A stretch of DNA of 64,000 nt, taken from NCBI RefSeq assembly GCF_044704955.1, contig NC_091996.1, forward strand, positions 2,418,001 to 2,482,000, read 5' to 3'. Source of the DNA: Pristiophorus japonicus. Lineage: Eukaryota. Of the stretch, positions 1 through 36,204 are shown piece after piece. Under the pieces are notes generated by a model. That model was not told the DNA's origin and ran no database searches. It worked only from the letters and a program-made list of their open reading frames with translations. A program made the translations under genes and the position numbers. How positions within the stretch are numbered: the first letter of the stretch is position 1; the number at the start of each line of letters is the position of its first letter.

Positions 1-1810
1 TCTGGGGTACAGTACTGGTGGGTACAGGTCTGTCACTGTATAACACTGGGGTACAGTACTGGTGGGTACAGGTCTGTCACTATTACACTGGGGTACAGTA
101 CTGGTGGGTACAGGTCTGTCACTGTATAACACTGGGGTACAGTACTGGTGGGTACAGGTCTCACTGTATAACACTGGGGTACAGTACTGGTGGGTACAGG
201 TCTGTCACTGTATCCCACTGGGGTACAGTACTGGTGGGTAAAGGTCTGTCACTGTATAACACTGGGGTACAGTACTGGTGGGTGCAGGTCTGTCACGATA
301 TAACACTGGGGTACAGTACTGGTGGGTACAGGTCTGTCACTGTATAACACTGGGGTACAGTACTGGTGGGTACAGGTCTGTCACTGTATAACACTGGGGT
401 ACAGTACAGGTGGGTACAGGTCTGTCCCTGTATAACACTGGGGTACAGTACTGGTGGGTACAGGTCTGTCACTATAACACTGGGGTACAGTACTGGTGGG
501 TACAGGTCTGTCACTGTATAACACTGGGGTACAGTACTGGTGGGTACAGGTCTGTCACTATAACACTGGGGTACAGTACTGGTGGTACAGGTCTGTCACT
601 ATAACATGGGTACAGTACTGGTGGGTACAGGTCTGTCACTGTATAACACTGGGGTACAGTACTGGTGGGTACAGGTCTGTCACTGTATAACACTGGGGTA
701 CAGTACTGGTGGGTACAGGTCTGTCACTGTATAACACTGGGGTACAGTACTGGTGGGTACAGGTTTGTCACTATAACACTGAGGTACAGTACTGGTGGGT
801 ACAGGTCTGTCACTATTACGCTGGGGTACAGTACTGGTGGGTACAGGTCTGTCACTATAACAATGGGGTACAGTACTGGTGGGTACAGGTCTGTCACTGT
901 ATAACATTGGGGTACAGTACTGGTGGGTACAGGTCTGTCACTGTATTACACTGGGGTACAGTACTGGTGGGTACAGGTCTGTCACTGTATTACACTGGGG
1001 TACAGTACTGGTGGGTACAGGTCTGTCACTGTATAACATTGGGGTACAGTACTGGTGGGTACAGGTCTGTCACTGTATAACAATGGGGTACAGTACTGGT
1101 GGGTACAGATCTGTCACTGTATAACACGGGTACATTACTGGTGGGTACAGGTATGTCACTGTATAACATGGGTACAGTACTGGTGGGTACAGGTCTGTCA
1201 CTGTATAACACTGGGGTACAGTACTGGTGGGTACAGGTCTGTCACTATATAACACTGGGGTACAATACTGCGTGGTACAGGTCTGTCATTGTATAACACT
1301 GGGGTACAGTACTGGTGGGTACAGGTCTGTCACTGTATAACATTGGGGTACAGTACTGGTGGGTACAGGTGTGTCACTGTATAACACTGGGGTACAGTAC
1401 TGGTGGGTACAGGTCTGTCACTGTACAACACTGGGGTACAGTACTGGTGGGTACAGGTCTGTCCCTGTATAACACTGGGGTACAGTACTGGTGGGTACAG
1501 GTCTGTCACTGTATAACACTGGGGTACAGTACTGGTGGGTACAGGTCTGTCACTGTATAACACTGGGGTACAGTACTGGTGGGTACAGGTCTGTCACTGT
1601 ATAACACGACTACAGTACTGGTGGGTACAGGTGTCACTGTATAACACTGGGGTACAGTACTGGTGGGTACAGGTCTGTCACTGTATAACACTGGGGTACA
1701 GTACTGGTGGGTACAGGTCTGTCACTGTATAACACTGGGGTACAGTACTGGTGGGTACAGGTCTGTCACTATAACACTGGGGTACAGTACTGGTGGGTAC
1801 AGGTCTGACA
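1..1810. repeat. 44-bp minisatellite (presumed SURF1 intron 1), running off the window start
   Basis: Unit ctggggtacagtactggtgggtacaggtctgtcactgtataaca. Confidence 0.97.
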
Positions 1811-2099
1811 CTAGGGACTGCAGTAATTTGGATTAGAAGTATCAGCCAGGCTGTATATTTCTCCGATTCTGATATATTGGTGTAACATTTAACGTGTTTT
1901 AGTGAAATTTGTTCAGTAATTAGATAGCTCTTTCAAAGAACTGGCTCAGGCGAATGGACCGAATGGCCTCCTCAGAGCTGTATCCTCTTTAGCCTGGAAC
2001 CACTGTGTGAAAGGGAGGCATTGGCAGCAGTATCGGTGGGGCCCACAGGCAGCCAATGGGGTCGGGGCCGGCTCCAGGCTGTTCCTTCTTTAAGGCCCC

Positions 2100-2675
2100 A
2101 ACCTGCTGCTGATGGTTGGGGCACTCCAGCACCCCGCCGAGACCCTGCAGCGACTCACGGTGTGACGGTATGCCCCGACCATCAGTAGCAGGTCGGGGCC
2201 TTAAAGGAGGAACAGCGTGGGGCATGCCATTCAAGGTACAGCGTGAGCTGGTGCAGGAGAGCGACGGCTGTGAAGAGAGCAACTGGATTGGACGTCACCA
2301 AAATCCACATTGCTGATTGTAGCGTGGGCAAGTACATCAGGAGTGGCGAGTTCGGGGCCCAGGGGCAGCCCAGGCCCAGCCCACACTGCGATATGTGTGT
2401 GCACTAGGTCCGTGCAGCAGAGCTGGTCTCCAGTCGTCCTGGTTAACCCTTGCCCCTGGACCAAGACCTCGCTCTGTCAAGCCCCGTGTGCTGGCTGGTG
2501 TACAACGGTCACCCCACGTTAAAAAAATCCACGCACAGGCATCTTCCACCCTTCAACATGTAGTTCGGGATCTGGAATATTAGGTCCTTCGTTGAAACAC
2601 CTGTAAACTTAGCCCTTTTTTGCATGGAAGCAAGTCATCCTCAATACGAGGGACCATCTATGAGGATGATGATGA
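2100..2675 (+). mobile_element. Non-autonomous retroelement (SINE-like) with RTE-type 3' tail; other copies 16924-17352(-) and 46404-50840(-)
   Basis: Three copies share a core of about 300 bp and the tail ggaagcaagtcatcctc..gagggac..(gat)n, also found on the RTE fragments. Confidence 0.65.
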
Positions 2676-2724
2676 CTGGGGTCAACCCTTTTAAATCCTT
2701 CCCGATTTTCCCTCTCTTTTGCAG

Positions 2725-17701
<14,977 letters not shown>

Positions 17702-17769
17702 TGACAGACAGATCCAGAGGAGTCCCAATCGCCTTGTGTCTGGGAAATATGACACTGAAATGATTTTCT

Positions 17770-17775
17770 AATAAA
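17770..17775 (+). terminator. SURF1 polyadenylation signal AATAAA
   Basis: First AATAAA about 70 nt after the stop codon. Confidence 0.7.
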
Positions 17776-18097
17776 ACTGATATCAGCATGTCATATTCCT
17801 TTCTCCCTCGTGTGTTTATCGAGCTTCCACTTAAATCTTTATTTGTTCATGGGATGTTGGCAAGGCCAGCATTTGTTACCCTTGTGGTGGTGAAGGTGCT
17901 CCCAGTGTTTGAAGACCAGGACCTCGCTTCTGGTCTACAGGGCAGTAGTGATACCCACCCTCCTATATGGCTCAGACATGGACTATATACAGCAGGCACC
18001 TCAAAGCACTGGAGACTTCCTCAACAAGTGCTCTACTCAGAACTCCTACACAGCAAGTGAGCCCAGGAAATATTTCAAGGACACCCTCAAAGCCTCC

Positions 18098-18665
18098 ACT
18101 GGTGAGGCCACACCTGGAGTACTGCGTGCAGTTTTGGTCACCTTACTTAAGGAAGGATATACTGGCTTTGGAGGGGGTACAGAGACGATTCACTCGGCTG
18201 ATTCCGGAGATGAGGGAGTTACCTTATGATGATAGATTGAGTAGACTGAGTCTTTACTCGTTGGAGTTCAGAAGGATGAGGGGTGATCTTATAGAAACAT
18301 TTAAAATGAAAGGGATAGACAAGATAGAGGCAGAGAGGTTGTTTCCACTGGTCGGGGAGACTAGAACTAGGGGGCACAGCCTCAAAATACGGAGGAGCCA
18401 ATTTAAAACCGAGTTGAGAAGGAATTTCTTCTCCCAGAGGGTTGTGAATCTGTGGAATTCTCTGCCCAAGGAAGCAGTTGAGGCTAGCTCATTGAATGTA
18501 TTCAAGTCACAGATAGATAGATTTTTAACCAATAAGGGAATTAAGGGTTACGGGGAGCGGGCGGGTAAGTGGAGCTGAGTCCACGGCCAGATCAGCCATG
18601 ATCTTGTTCAGTGGCGGAGCAGGCTCGAGGGGCTAGATGGCCTACTCCTGTTCCTAATTCTTATG
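18098..18665 (+). mobile_element. CR1-clade LINE 3' fragment between SURF1 and RPL7A
   Basis: LVRPHLEYCVQFWSP..NLWNSLP and the 3' UTR. Confidence 0.88.
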
Positions 18666-19231
18666 AACCCCTCTGGACAGCTGGAAATGCCTGGCCCAAG
18701 ACCAGTTATATCGATACATGCAGGATACTGAGGGGACTCCATAAGGTGGATGCAGGGAGGATATTTCCACTCATCGGGGAAACTAAATCTCAAGGGACCA
18801 CCCATTTAAAACTAAAATGAAGAGGAATTTCTCAGCTATGGAGGCTGGGTCATTGACTATATTTAAGGTGGAGACGGACAGATTTTTGAGATGGGAATAA
18901 AGGGATATGGGGAGTGGGCGGAGAAGTGGAGCCGAGTCCATGATCAGATCAGCCATGATCGTATTGAATGACGGCGCAGGCTCGAGGGGCCGAATGGCCG
19001 ACTCCTGCTCCTATTTGAGTGTTGGTCTAAACGAAGCTGGAGCTCAGGGGGGGGGGGGGGGGGGGGCGGAGGTGGACAGACTGCGCAGGGGGCCACAGGA
19101 ATGGAGTGTGTAGGACGAGATTGTTATCACACCCGCCCTCCCGGATCCTACGCTGCAGATTAAGCAGAGCTCCTCCATCAGGGAATTTTTTGGCATCAAA
19201 ACAACGAGGCCGATTTTTCTGAAATAGTTTG

Positions 19232-19237
19232 TTTATT
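19232..19237 (-). terminator. RPL7A polyadenylation signal AATAAA
   Basis: tttatt on the + strand, about 25 nt past the stop codon. Confidence 0.8.
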
Positions 19238-19260
19238 TCTATGTACACTGTGGCCAGAAT

Positions 19261-28090
<8,830 letters not shown>

Positions 28091-28200
28091 AATGGCGGCG
28101 GGCAGAGAGAGAGAGAGTGCAATGGCCGCCGGGAAATCCTTATAAACCCGCCACAACTCTCGCGGGAACTCCGCTCGCCGCCGCGAGACTACAATTTAAA
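28091..28200 (-). promoter_or_regulatory. RPL7A core promoter: 5'TOP pyrimidine tract, TATA-like box, YY1-like and TCTCGCG-type motifs, within a CpG island (about 27700-28230)
   Basis: (CT)n at 28117-28104; TTTATAAG about 25 nt upstream (28146-28139); aatggcggcg; ctctcgcggga and ccgcgagactacaa. Confidence 0.8.
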
Positions 28201-28339
28201 GGGACAGTGCCGCCCCGGCCAGAGCTCGGGCAATGCTCAGAATCTTCACCGGGACTTGCATTTCTATAGCGCCTTTCACCACCCGAGCACGTCCCAAAGC
28301 GCTTTTACAGCCACTGAAGTACTTTTTTGAAGTGTAGTC

Positions 28340-28785
28340 ACTGCCCCTCCGACAGTGCAGCGCTCCCTCAGTACTGCCCCTCCGACAGTGCGGCTCTCCC
28401 TCAGTACTGCCCCTCCGACAGTGCGGCACTCCCTCAGTACTGCCCCTCCGACAGTGCGGCACTCCCTCAGCACTGCCCCTCCGACAGTGCGGCACTCCCT
28501 CAGCACTGCCCCTCCGACAGTGCGGCGCTCCCTCAGTACTGCCCCTCCGACAGTGCGGCACTCCCTCAGTACGGCCCCTCCGACAGTGCGGCACTCCCTC
28601 AGTACTGCCCCTCCGACAGTGCGGCACTCCCTCAGCACTGCCCCTCCGACAGTGCGGCACTCCCTCAGCACTGCCCCTCCGACAGTGCGGCGCTCCCTCA
28701 GTACTGCCCCTCCGACAGTGCGGCACTCCCTCAGTACGGCCCCTCCGACAGTGCAGCACTCCCTCAGCACTGCCCCTCCGACAGT
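28340..28785 (-). repeat. 33-bp SINE-internal minisatellite upstream of the RPL7A promoter
   Basis: Reverse complement of the 15310-15865 unit. Confidence 0.95.
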
Positions 28786-29270
28786 TCGTGGAATCACAGA
28801 GCGGTCACAGCACAGAAGGAGGCTATTCTGCCCGTCGAGCCCGTGCCGGCTCTCTGCAAGAGCACTTCAGCCAGTCCCACTCCCCCGCCCTTTCCCCTGT
28901 AGCCCTGCAAATATTTTTCCTTCAGATACTGATCCAACTCCCTGGAACTGCCACGGTTGAGTCTGCCTCCACCACCCTCTCAGGCCATGCATTCCAGATC
29001 CTAACCACTCGCTGCGTAAAAATATATTTCCTCATGTCGCCTTTGGTTCTTCTGCCAGTCGCCTTAAATCTGTGTCCTCTGGTTCTCGACCCTTCCCCAA
29101 ATGGGAACAGTTTCTCTCGGCCTACTCTGTCTAGACCCCTCATGATTTTGAACACCTCGATCAACTCTCCTCTCTATCTTCTCTGCTCCCTCTATCAAAA
29201 TGCATCACTGCACACTTTCCGGCGTTATATTCCATCTGCTACGTGTCTGCGCATTTCACCAGTCTGTCTA

Positions 29271-29665
29271 GGCCTTCACGGCTAACGCTGCAAGGACACC
29301 CTCAAAGTCTTCCCTGATAAAGTACAACATCCCCACTGACCCCTGGGAGTCCCTGGCCCAAGACCACCCTAAGTGGAGGAAGTGCATCCGGGAGGGCGCT
29401 GAGCTCCTCGAGTCTCGTCGCCGAGAGCATGCAGAAACCAAGCGCAGGCAGCGGAAGGAGCGTGCGGCAAACCAGTCCCACCCTCCCCTTCCCCCAACCA
29501 CTGTCTGTCCCACCCTCCCCTTCCCTCAACCACTGTCTGTCCCACCTGTGACAGAGATTGTGGTTCTCGTATTGGACTGTTCAGCCACCAAAGAACTCAC
29601 TTCAGGAGTGGAAACAAGTCTTCCTCGATTCCGAGGGACTGCCTGTGATGATGATGATGATGATA
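29271..29665 (+). mobile_element. RTE-clade LINE 3' end nested in CR1
   Basis: KDTLK..WESLAQDHPKWRKCIREG; (GAT)n tail. Confidence 0.8.
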
Positions 29666-30143
29666 TGTCTTCCTGAAGTTTATCACTCTCCTCCTCACTG
29701 ATCACTATACTTCCAAGTTTTGTGTCATCTGCAAATTTTGGAATTATGTCCGGTACACCCACATCCAAGTCATTAATATATATCAAGAAAAGCAGTGGTC
29801 CTAGAACCGGCCCCTGGGGAATATCTTCCTCCAGTCTGAAAAACAACCGTTCACCCCTACTCTCTGTTTCCTGTCACTGAGCCCATTCCGTATCCATGCT
29901 GCCACTGTCCCTTGTATTCCATGGGCTTCAACTTTGCTGTAAGCCTGTTGTGTGGCACTTTGTCGAACGCCTTTTGGAAATCCATGTACACCACGTCAAC
30001 CACATGACCCTCACGAACCCTCAGTTCCTTATCAAAAAACTCAATCAAGTTAGTTCAACACGATTTGCCTTTAACAAATCTGTGCTGGCTTTCCTTAATT
30101 AATCCACACCTGTCCAAGTGACTGTTAATTTTGTCCCTGATTA

Positions 30144-30623
30144 CGCCTCGTAGGCCTGCTCCTGGGCCTGGCCAAGGGGGCCATCAGCCGGTCCAGGCAG
30201 CGGGCGGTCGAGGGGGTCGTTCAGCCCAACTGCCTGCCTCTCTCCCGCGGTTACATCCGAGCCAGGGTGTCCCTGGAGATGGAGCACGCGGTGTCCACCG
30301 GTACGCTCGCGGCCTTCCGCGAGAGGTGGGCGCCGGAGGGACTGGAGTGCATCATCACCCCCGGCAACCACATTTTAATTTGATTTTATATGTTTTAAAG
30401 TTTCATTTGTTTTAATTGCCGGGTTTTTAGTGTCCCCCCTCCCCTTTTATAGGGGGCACTTGGGAAATTATATGATTTTAATGCCCAAAAAGAAAATCAC
30501 AAAAGAAAAAAAAACAGAAAAAAAACAACAACAAAAAAAAAGCGGGCAGTTATAAATGTCTGGAGTGTACCCCAGATCGGGGGGGCACTCGATCTAATGT
30601 TTATTTTGTACTCCCTAAAAGAG
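30144..30623 (+). mobile_element. Tx1/L1-type LINE 3' fragment with 13-bp TSD
   Basis: LLLGLAKGAI..RARVSLEMEHA..FRERW..*; TTGTCCCTGATTA at 30131-30143 and 30624-30636. Confidence 0.75.
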
Positions 30624-31539
30624 TTGTCCCTGATTATTGTTTCTAAAAGCTTCCCCAGTACCGAGGTTAAACAGACCGGCCTGTAGTTGCTGGGTTTATC
30701 CTTCCATCCTGTTTTAAACAAGTGTGTAACATTTACAATTCCTCAGTGGTGTGGCAGCACCCTGTATCTATGGAGGATTGGAATATTGTGGCCCAATTTC
30801 CACCCTCAGTTCCCTCAGCATCCCAGGATGTATCCCATCCGCCCCTGGTGATTTATCTACTTTAAGTACAGCCAGCCTTTCGAACATCTCTTCTTCATCA
30901 ATTTTCATCCTATCAAGTGTCTCCATTACCTCCTCCTTCACTATATCTGTGGCAGCATCCTCTTCCTTGGTGAAGACAGATACAAAGTACTCATTTAGTA
31001 CCTCTGCCTCCTTTTTGGTCCCTAATTGGCCCCACCCCTCCTCCTACTACCCGTTTACTATTTATATGCCTATAGAAGACATTTGGATGAACTTTTATGT
31101 CGTTCTATTCTCATACCCTCTCTTTGCCCCTCTTATTTTACATACATCTTTTAAATACATCTATGCTTTTCACCTCAACCCCTCCCTGTGGGAGCGAGTT
31201 CCACATTCTCACCACTCTCTGGGTAAAGAAGTTTCTCCTGAATTCCTTCTTGGATTTATTAGTGACTATCTCACAGATAAGGCCCTTTAACACAGTAAAA
31301 CATCTCAAAGTGCTTCACAGGAGCATTCTCAGATACAATTTGACAAGTTAGACTGTAATCTACTGCATTCAGGGGAATACAAACCTAGTCTATGCAACCT
31401 GTGGCCAAAGTTTAACCCCGGTATCATCCTGGTGAATCTGCACTGAACCGAGGCTGATATATCCTTCCTGAGGGGCAGGGCCCAGAACTGAACCCAGTTA
31501 CTCCAGACCAGAGCTCTGTGCAGCTGGAACATAACTTAA

Positions 31540-31742
31540 TGTTGTGTATGCAATAACTCAATAGACTGAATACTGTAAACTCCGAACAGGCACAAACCTG
31601 GCTCTACTTTATTAGGGCCCAAAGTGATTACATTACAAGATGGCTGGCCTTTTATACCTGGACCGCATGCTCGTGCGCACAGCCCAAAGACCTCAGACAG
31701 TGGCACCACCTGGTGGCAAGTAAACCGGAGCATACTTCCACG
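31540..31742 (-). mobile_element. Probable solo LTR
   Basis: Starts TGTTG and ends near a CA; minus-strand TATAAAA and AATAAA in the same layout as the Gypsy LTR (shared ccttttatacctg). Confidence 0.5.
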
Positions 31743-31914
31743 AAACTTAATATAAGGGGAGTCTAGATCAGTACATGAGGGAGAAAGGAATGGAAGGATA
31801 TGCTGATGGAGTGAGATGAAGAGGAGTGTGAGGAGGCTGGTGTGGAGCATAAACACCGGCACGAACCTGTTGGGCCGAATGGCCTGTTTGTGTGCTGTAA
31901 ATTATACACAGAAC

Positions 31915-32530
31915 ATTAGATACGTGGATCATATACAGTAGATGCCTCAAATCGCTGGAGAAATACTACCAACGATGTCTCCGCAAGATCCTGCAAATCC
32001 TCTGGGAAGATAGACACACCAACGTTAGCGTTCTCGACCAGGCCAACATCCCCAGCATCGAAGCACTGACCACACTCGACCAGCTCCGCTGGGCAGGGCC
32101 ACATTGTCTGCATGCCCCCAGACACGAGACTCCCAAAGCAAACGCTCTACTCGGAACTCCTACACGGCAAGCGAGCCCCAGGTGGGCAGAGGAAACGTTT
32201 CAAGGACACCCTCAAAGCCTCCCTGATAAAGTGCAACATCCCCACCGACGCCTGGGAGTCCCTGGCCAAAGACCGCCCTAAGTGGAGGAAGTGCATCCGG
32301 GAGGGCGCTGAGCACCTCGAGTCTCATTGCCGAGAGCATGCAGAAAACAAGCGCAGGCAGCGGAAGGAGCGTGCGGCAAACCTGTCCCACCCACCCTTCC
32401 CTCAATCACTGTCTGTTCCACCTGTGACAGGGACTGTAATTCCCGTATTGGACAGTTAATTCTTACCTGAGAACTCACTTTTAGAGTGGAAGCAAGTCTT
32501 CCTCGATTTCGAGGGACTGCCTGTGATGTA
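31915..32530 (+). mobile_element. RTE-clade LINE 3' fragment
   Basis: QLRWAGHI..MPPDTRLPKQTLYSELLHGKRAPGGQRKRFKDTLKASL. Confidence 0.85.
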
Positions 32531-32623
32531 TGTAATGTTTTAAAAGCCAAGCGTGACTTCACATAATCGCCCCAGTCTTCCTATTCTGGTGTATAGCACA
32601 GGGTTTCACAACCCAATCTTGGC

Positions 32624-35600
32624 AAACATAGAAACATAGAAAATAGGTGCAGGAGTAGGCCATTCAGCTGAACATGCAACTTCAGTACCCCATTCCTGCT
32701 TTCTCGCCATACCCCTTGATCCCCCTAGTAGTAAGGACCTCATCTAACTCCTTTTTGAATATATTTAGTGACTTGGCCTCAACTACTTTCTGTGGTCGAG
32801 AATTCCACAGGTTCACCACTCTCTGGGTGAAGAAGTTTCTCCTCATTTCGGTCCTAAATGGCTTACCCCTTATCCTTAGACTGTGACCCCTGGTTCTGGA
32901 CTTCCCCAACATTGGGAACATTCTTCCTGCATCTAACCTGTCTAAACCCGTCAGAATTTTAAACATTTCCATGAGATCCCCTCTCATTCTTCTGAACTCC
33001 AGTGAATACAAGCCCAGTTGATCCAGTCTTTCTTGATATGTCAGTCCCGCCATCCCGGGAATCAGTCTGGTGAACCTTCGCTGCACTCCTTCAATAGCAA
33101 GAATGTCCTTCCTCAGGTTAGGAGACCAAAACTGAACACAATACTCCAGGTGTGGCCTCACCAAGGCCCTGTACAACTGTAGCAACACCTCCCTGCCCCT
33201 GTACTCAAATCCCCTTGCTATGAAGGCCAACATGCCATTTGCTTTCTTAACAGCCTGCTGTACCTGCATGCCAACCTTCAATGACTGATGTACCATGACA
33301 CCCAGGTCTCGTTGCACCTCCCCTTTTCCTAATCTGTCACCATTCAGATAATAGTCTGTCTCTCTGTTTTTACCACCAAAGTGGATAACCTCACATTTAT
33401 CCACATTATACTTCATCTGCCATGCATTTGCCCACTCACCTAACCTATCCAAGTCACTCTGCAGCCTCATAGCATCCTCCTCGCAGCTCACACTGCCACC
33501 CAGCTTAGTGTCATCCGCAAATTTGGAGATACTACATTTAATCCCCTCGTCTAAATCATTAATGTACAATGTAAACAGCTGGGGCCCCAGCACAGAACCC
33601 TGCGGTACCCCACTAGTCACTGCCTGCCATTCTGAAAAGTACCCATTTACTCCTACTCTTTGCTTCCTGTCTGACAACCAGTTCTCAATCCATGTCAGCA
33701 CACTACCCCCAATCCCATGTGCTTTAACTTTTCACATTAATATCTTGTGTGGGACCTTGTTGAAAGCCTTCTGAAAGTCCAAATATACCACATCAACTGG
33801 TTCTCCCTTGTCCACTCTACTGGAAACATCCTCAAAAAATTCCAGAAGATTTGTCAAGCATGATTTCCCTTTCACAAATCCATGCTGACTTGGACCTATC
33901 ATGTCACCTCTTTCCAAATGCGCTGCTATGACATCCTTAATAATTGATTCCATCATTTTACCCACTACCGATGTCAGGCTGACCGGTCTATAATTCCCTG
34001 TTTTCTCTCTCCCTCCTTTTTTAAAAAGTGGGGTTACATTGGCTACCCTCCACTCCATAGGAACTGATCCAGAGTCAATGGAATGTTGGAAAATGACTGT
34101 CAATGCATCCGCTATTTCCAAGGCCACCTCCTTAAGTACTCTGCGATGCAGACCATCAGGCCCTGGGGATTTATCGGCTTTCAATCCCATCAATTTCCCC
34201 AACACAATTTCCCGACTAATAAGGATTTCCCTCAGTTCCTCCTTCTTACTAGACCCTCTGATCCCTTTTATATTCTTTAGGTTGTTTGTGTCCTCCTCAG
34301 TGAATACCGAACCAAAGTACTTGTTCAATTGGTCCGCCATTTCTTTGTTCCCCGTTATGATTTCCTCTGATTCTGACTGCAGGGGACCTACGTTTGTCTT
34401 TACTAACCTTTTTCTCTTTACATATCTATAGAAACTTTTGCAATCCACCTTAATGTTCCCTGCAAGCTTCCTCTCGTACTCTATTTTCCCTGCCCTAATC
34501 AAACCCTTTGTCCTCCTCTGCTGAGTTCTAAATTTCTCCCAGTCCCCGGGTTCGTTGCTATTTCTGGCCAATTTGTATGTCACTTCCTTGGCTTTAATAC
34601 TATCCCTGATTTCCCTTGATAGCCACGGTTGAGCCACCTTCCCTTTTTTATTTTTACGCCAGACAGGGATGTACAATTGTTGTAGTTCATCCATGCGGTC
34701 TCTAAATGTCTGCCATTGCCCATCCACTGTCAACCCCTTAAGTATCATTCGCCAATCTATCCTAGCCAATTCACGCCTCATACCTTCAAAGTTACCCTTC
34801 TTTAAGTTCTGGACCATGGTCTCTGAATTAACTGTTTCATTCTCCATCCTAATGCAGAATTCCACCATATTATGGTCACTCTTCCCCAAGGGGCCTCGCA
34901 CAATGAGATTGCTAATTAATCCTCTCTCATTACACAACACCCAGTCTAAGATGGCCTCCCCCCTAGTTGGTTCCTCGACATATTGGTCTAGAAAACCATC
35001 CCTTATGCACTCCAGGAAATCCTCCTCCTCCGTATTGCTTCCAGTTTGGCTAGCCCAATCTATTTGCATATTAAAGTCACCCATTATAACTGCTGCACCT
35101 TTATTGCACACATCCCTAATTTCCTGTTTGATGCCCTCCCCAACATCACTACTACTGTTTGGAGGTCTGTACACAACTCCCACTAGCTCCTTTGGTATTC
35201 CGCAGCTGCACCATACCGATCTCACATCATCCAGGCTAATGTCCCTCCTTACTATTGTATTAATTTCCTCTTTAACCAGCAACGCCACCCCGCCTCCTTT
35301 TCCTTTCTGTCGATCCTTCCTAAATGTTGAATACCCCTGGATATTGAGTTCCCAGCCTTGGTCACCCTGGAGCCATGTCTCTGTGATGCCAATCACATCA
35401 TACCCGTTAACTGCTATCTGCACAGTTAATTCATCCACCTTATTCCGAATACTCCTCGCATTGAGGCACAGAGCCTTCAGGCTTGTCTTTTTAACACACT
35501 TAGACCCTTTAGAATGTTGTTGCAAAGTGGCCCTTTTTGTTTTTTGCCTTGGGTTTCTCTGCCCTCCACTTTTACTCATCTCCTTTCTGTCTTTTGCTTC

Positions 35601-36032
35601 TGTCTCCATTTTATTTCCCTCTGTCTCCCTGCATTGGTTCCCATCCCCCTGCCATATTAGTTTAACTCCTCCCCAACAGCACTAGCAAACACTCCCCCTA
35701 GGACATTGGTTCCAGTCCTGCCCAGGTGCAGACTGTCCGGTTTGTACTGGTCCCACCTCCCCCAGAACCGGTTCCAATGCCCCAGGAATTTGAATCCCTC
35801 CCTGCTGCACCACTGCTCAAGCCACGTATTCATCTGCGCTATCCTGTGATTCCTACTCTGACTCGCACGTGGCACTGGTAGCAATCCCGAGATTACTACT
35901 TTTGAGGTCCTACTTTTTAATTTAGCTCCTAGCTCCTTAAATTCGTTTCGTAGGACCTCATCCTTTTTTTACCTATATCGTTGGTACCAATGTGCACCAC
36001 GACAACTGGCTGTTCTCCCTCCCTTTTCAGAA
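32624..36032 (-). mobile_element. CR1-clade LINE, 5'-truncated: end of ORF1 (esterase-like) and near-complete ORF2 (APE endonuclease + RT) broken near 33730
   Basis: ORFs 35657-35884, 33732-35609, 32682-33701 with [27 protein letters not shown]; (TTCTATGT)n-type tail at about 32625-32645. Confidence 0.93.
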
Positions 36033-36204
36033 CAACAACTAACTATTACTGCTTGAATCACTTCTATTCAATTCTATCCGTCTTTCGGATGAGACGTTAA
36101 ACCAAGACCTTGTCTGCTCTCTCAGGTGGACATAAAAGATCCCATGGCACTATTTCGAAGAAGAGCAGTGGAGTTTTCCCTGGTGTCCAGGTAAACTAGA
36201 GGTG

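Larger units (their letters stand above)
28795..31510 (-). mobile_element. Degraded CR1-type LINE fragments hosting nested RTE and Tx1 insertions
   Basis: [36 protein letters not shown] fragments. Confidence 0.75.
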
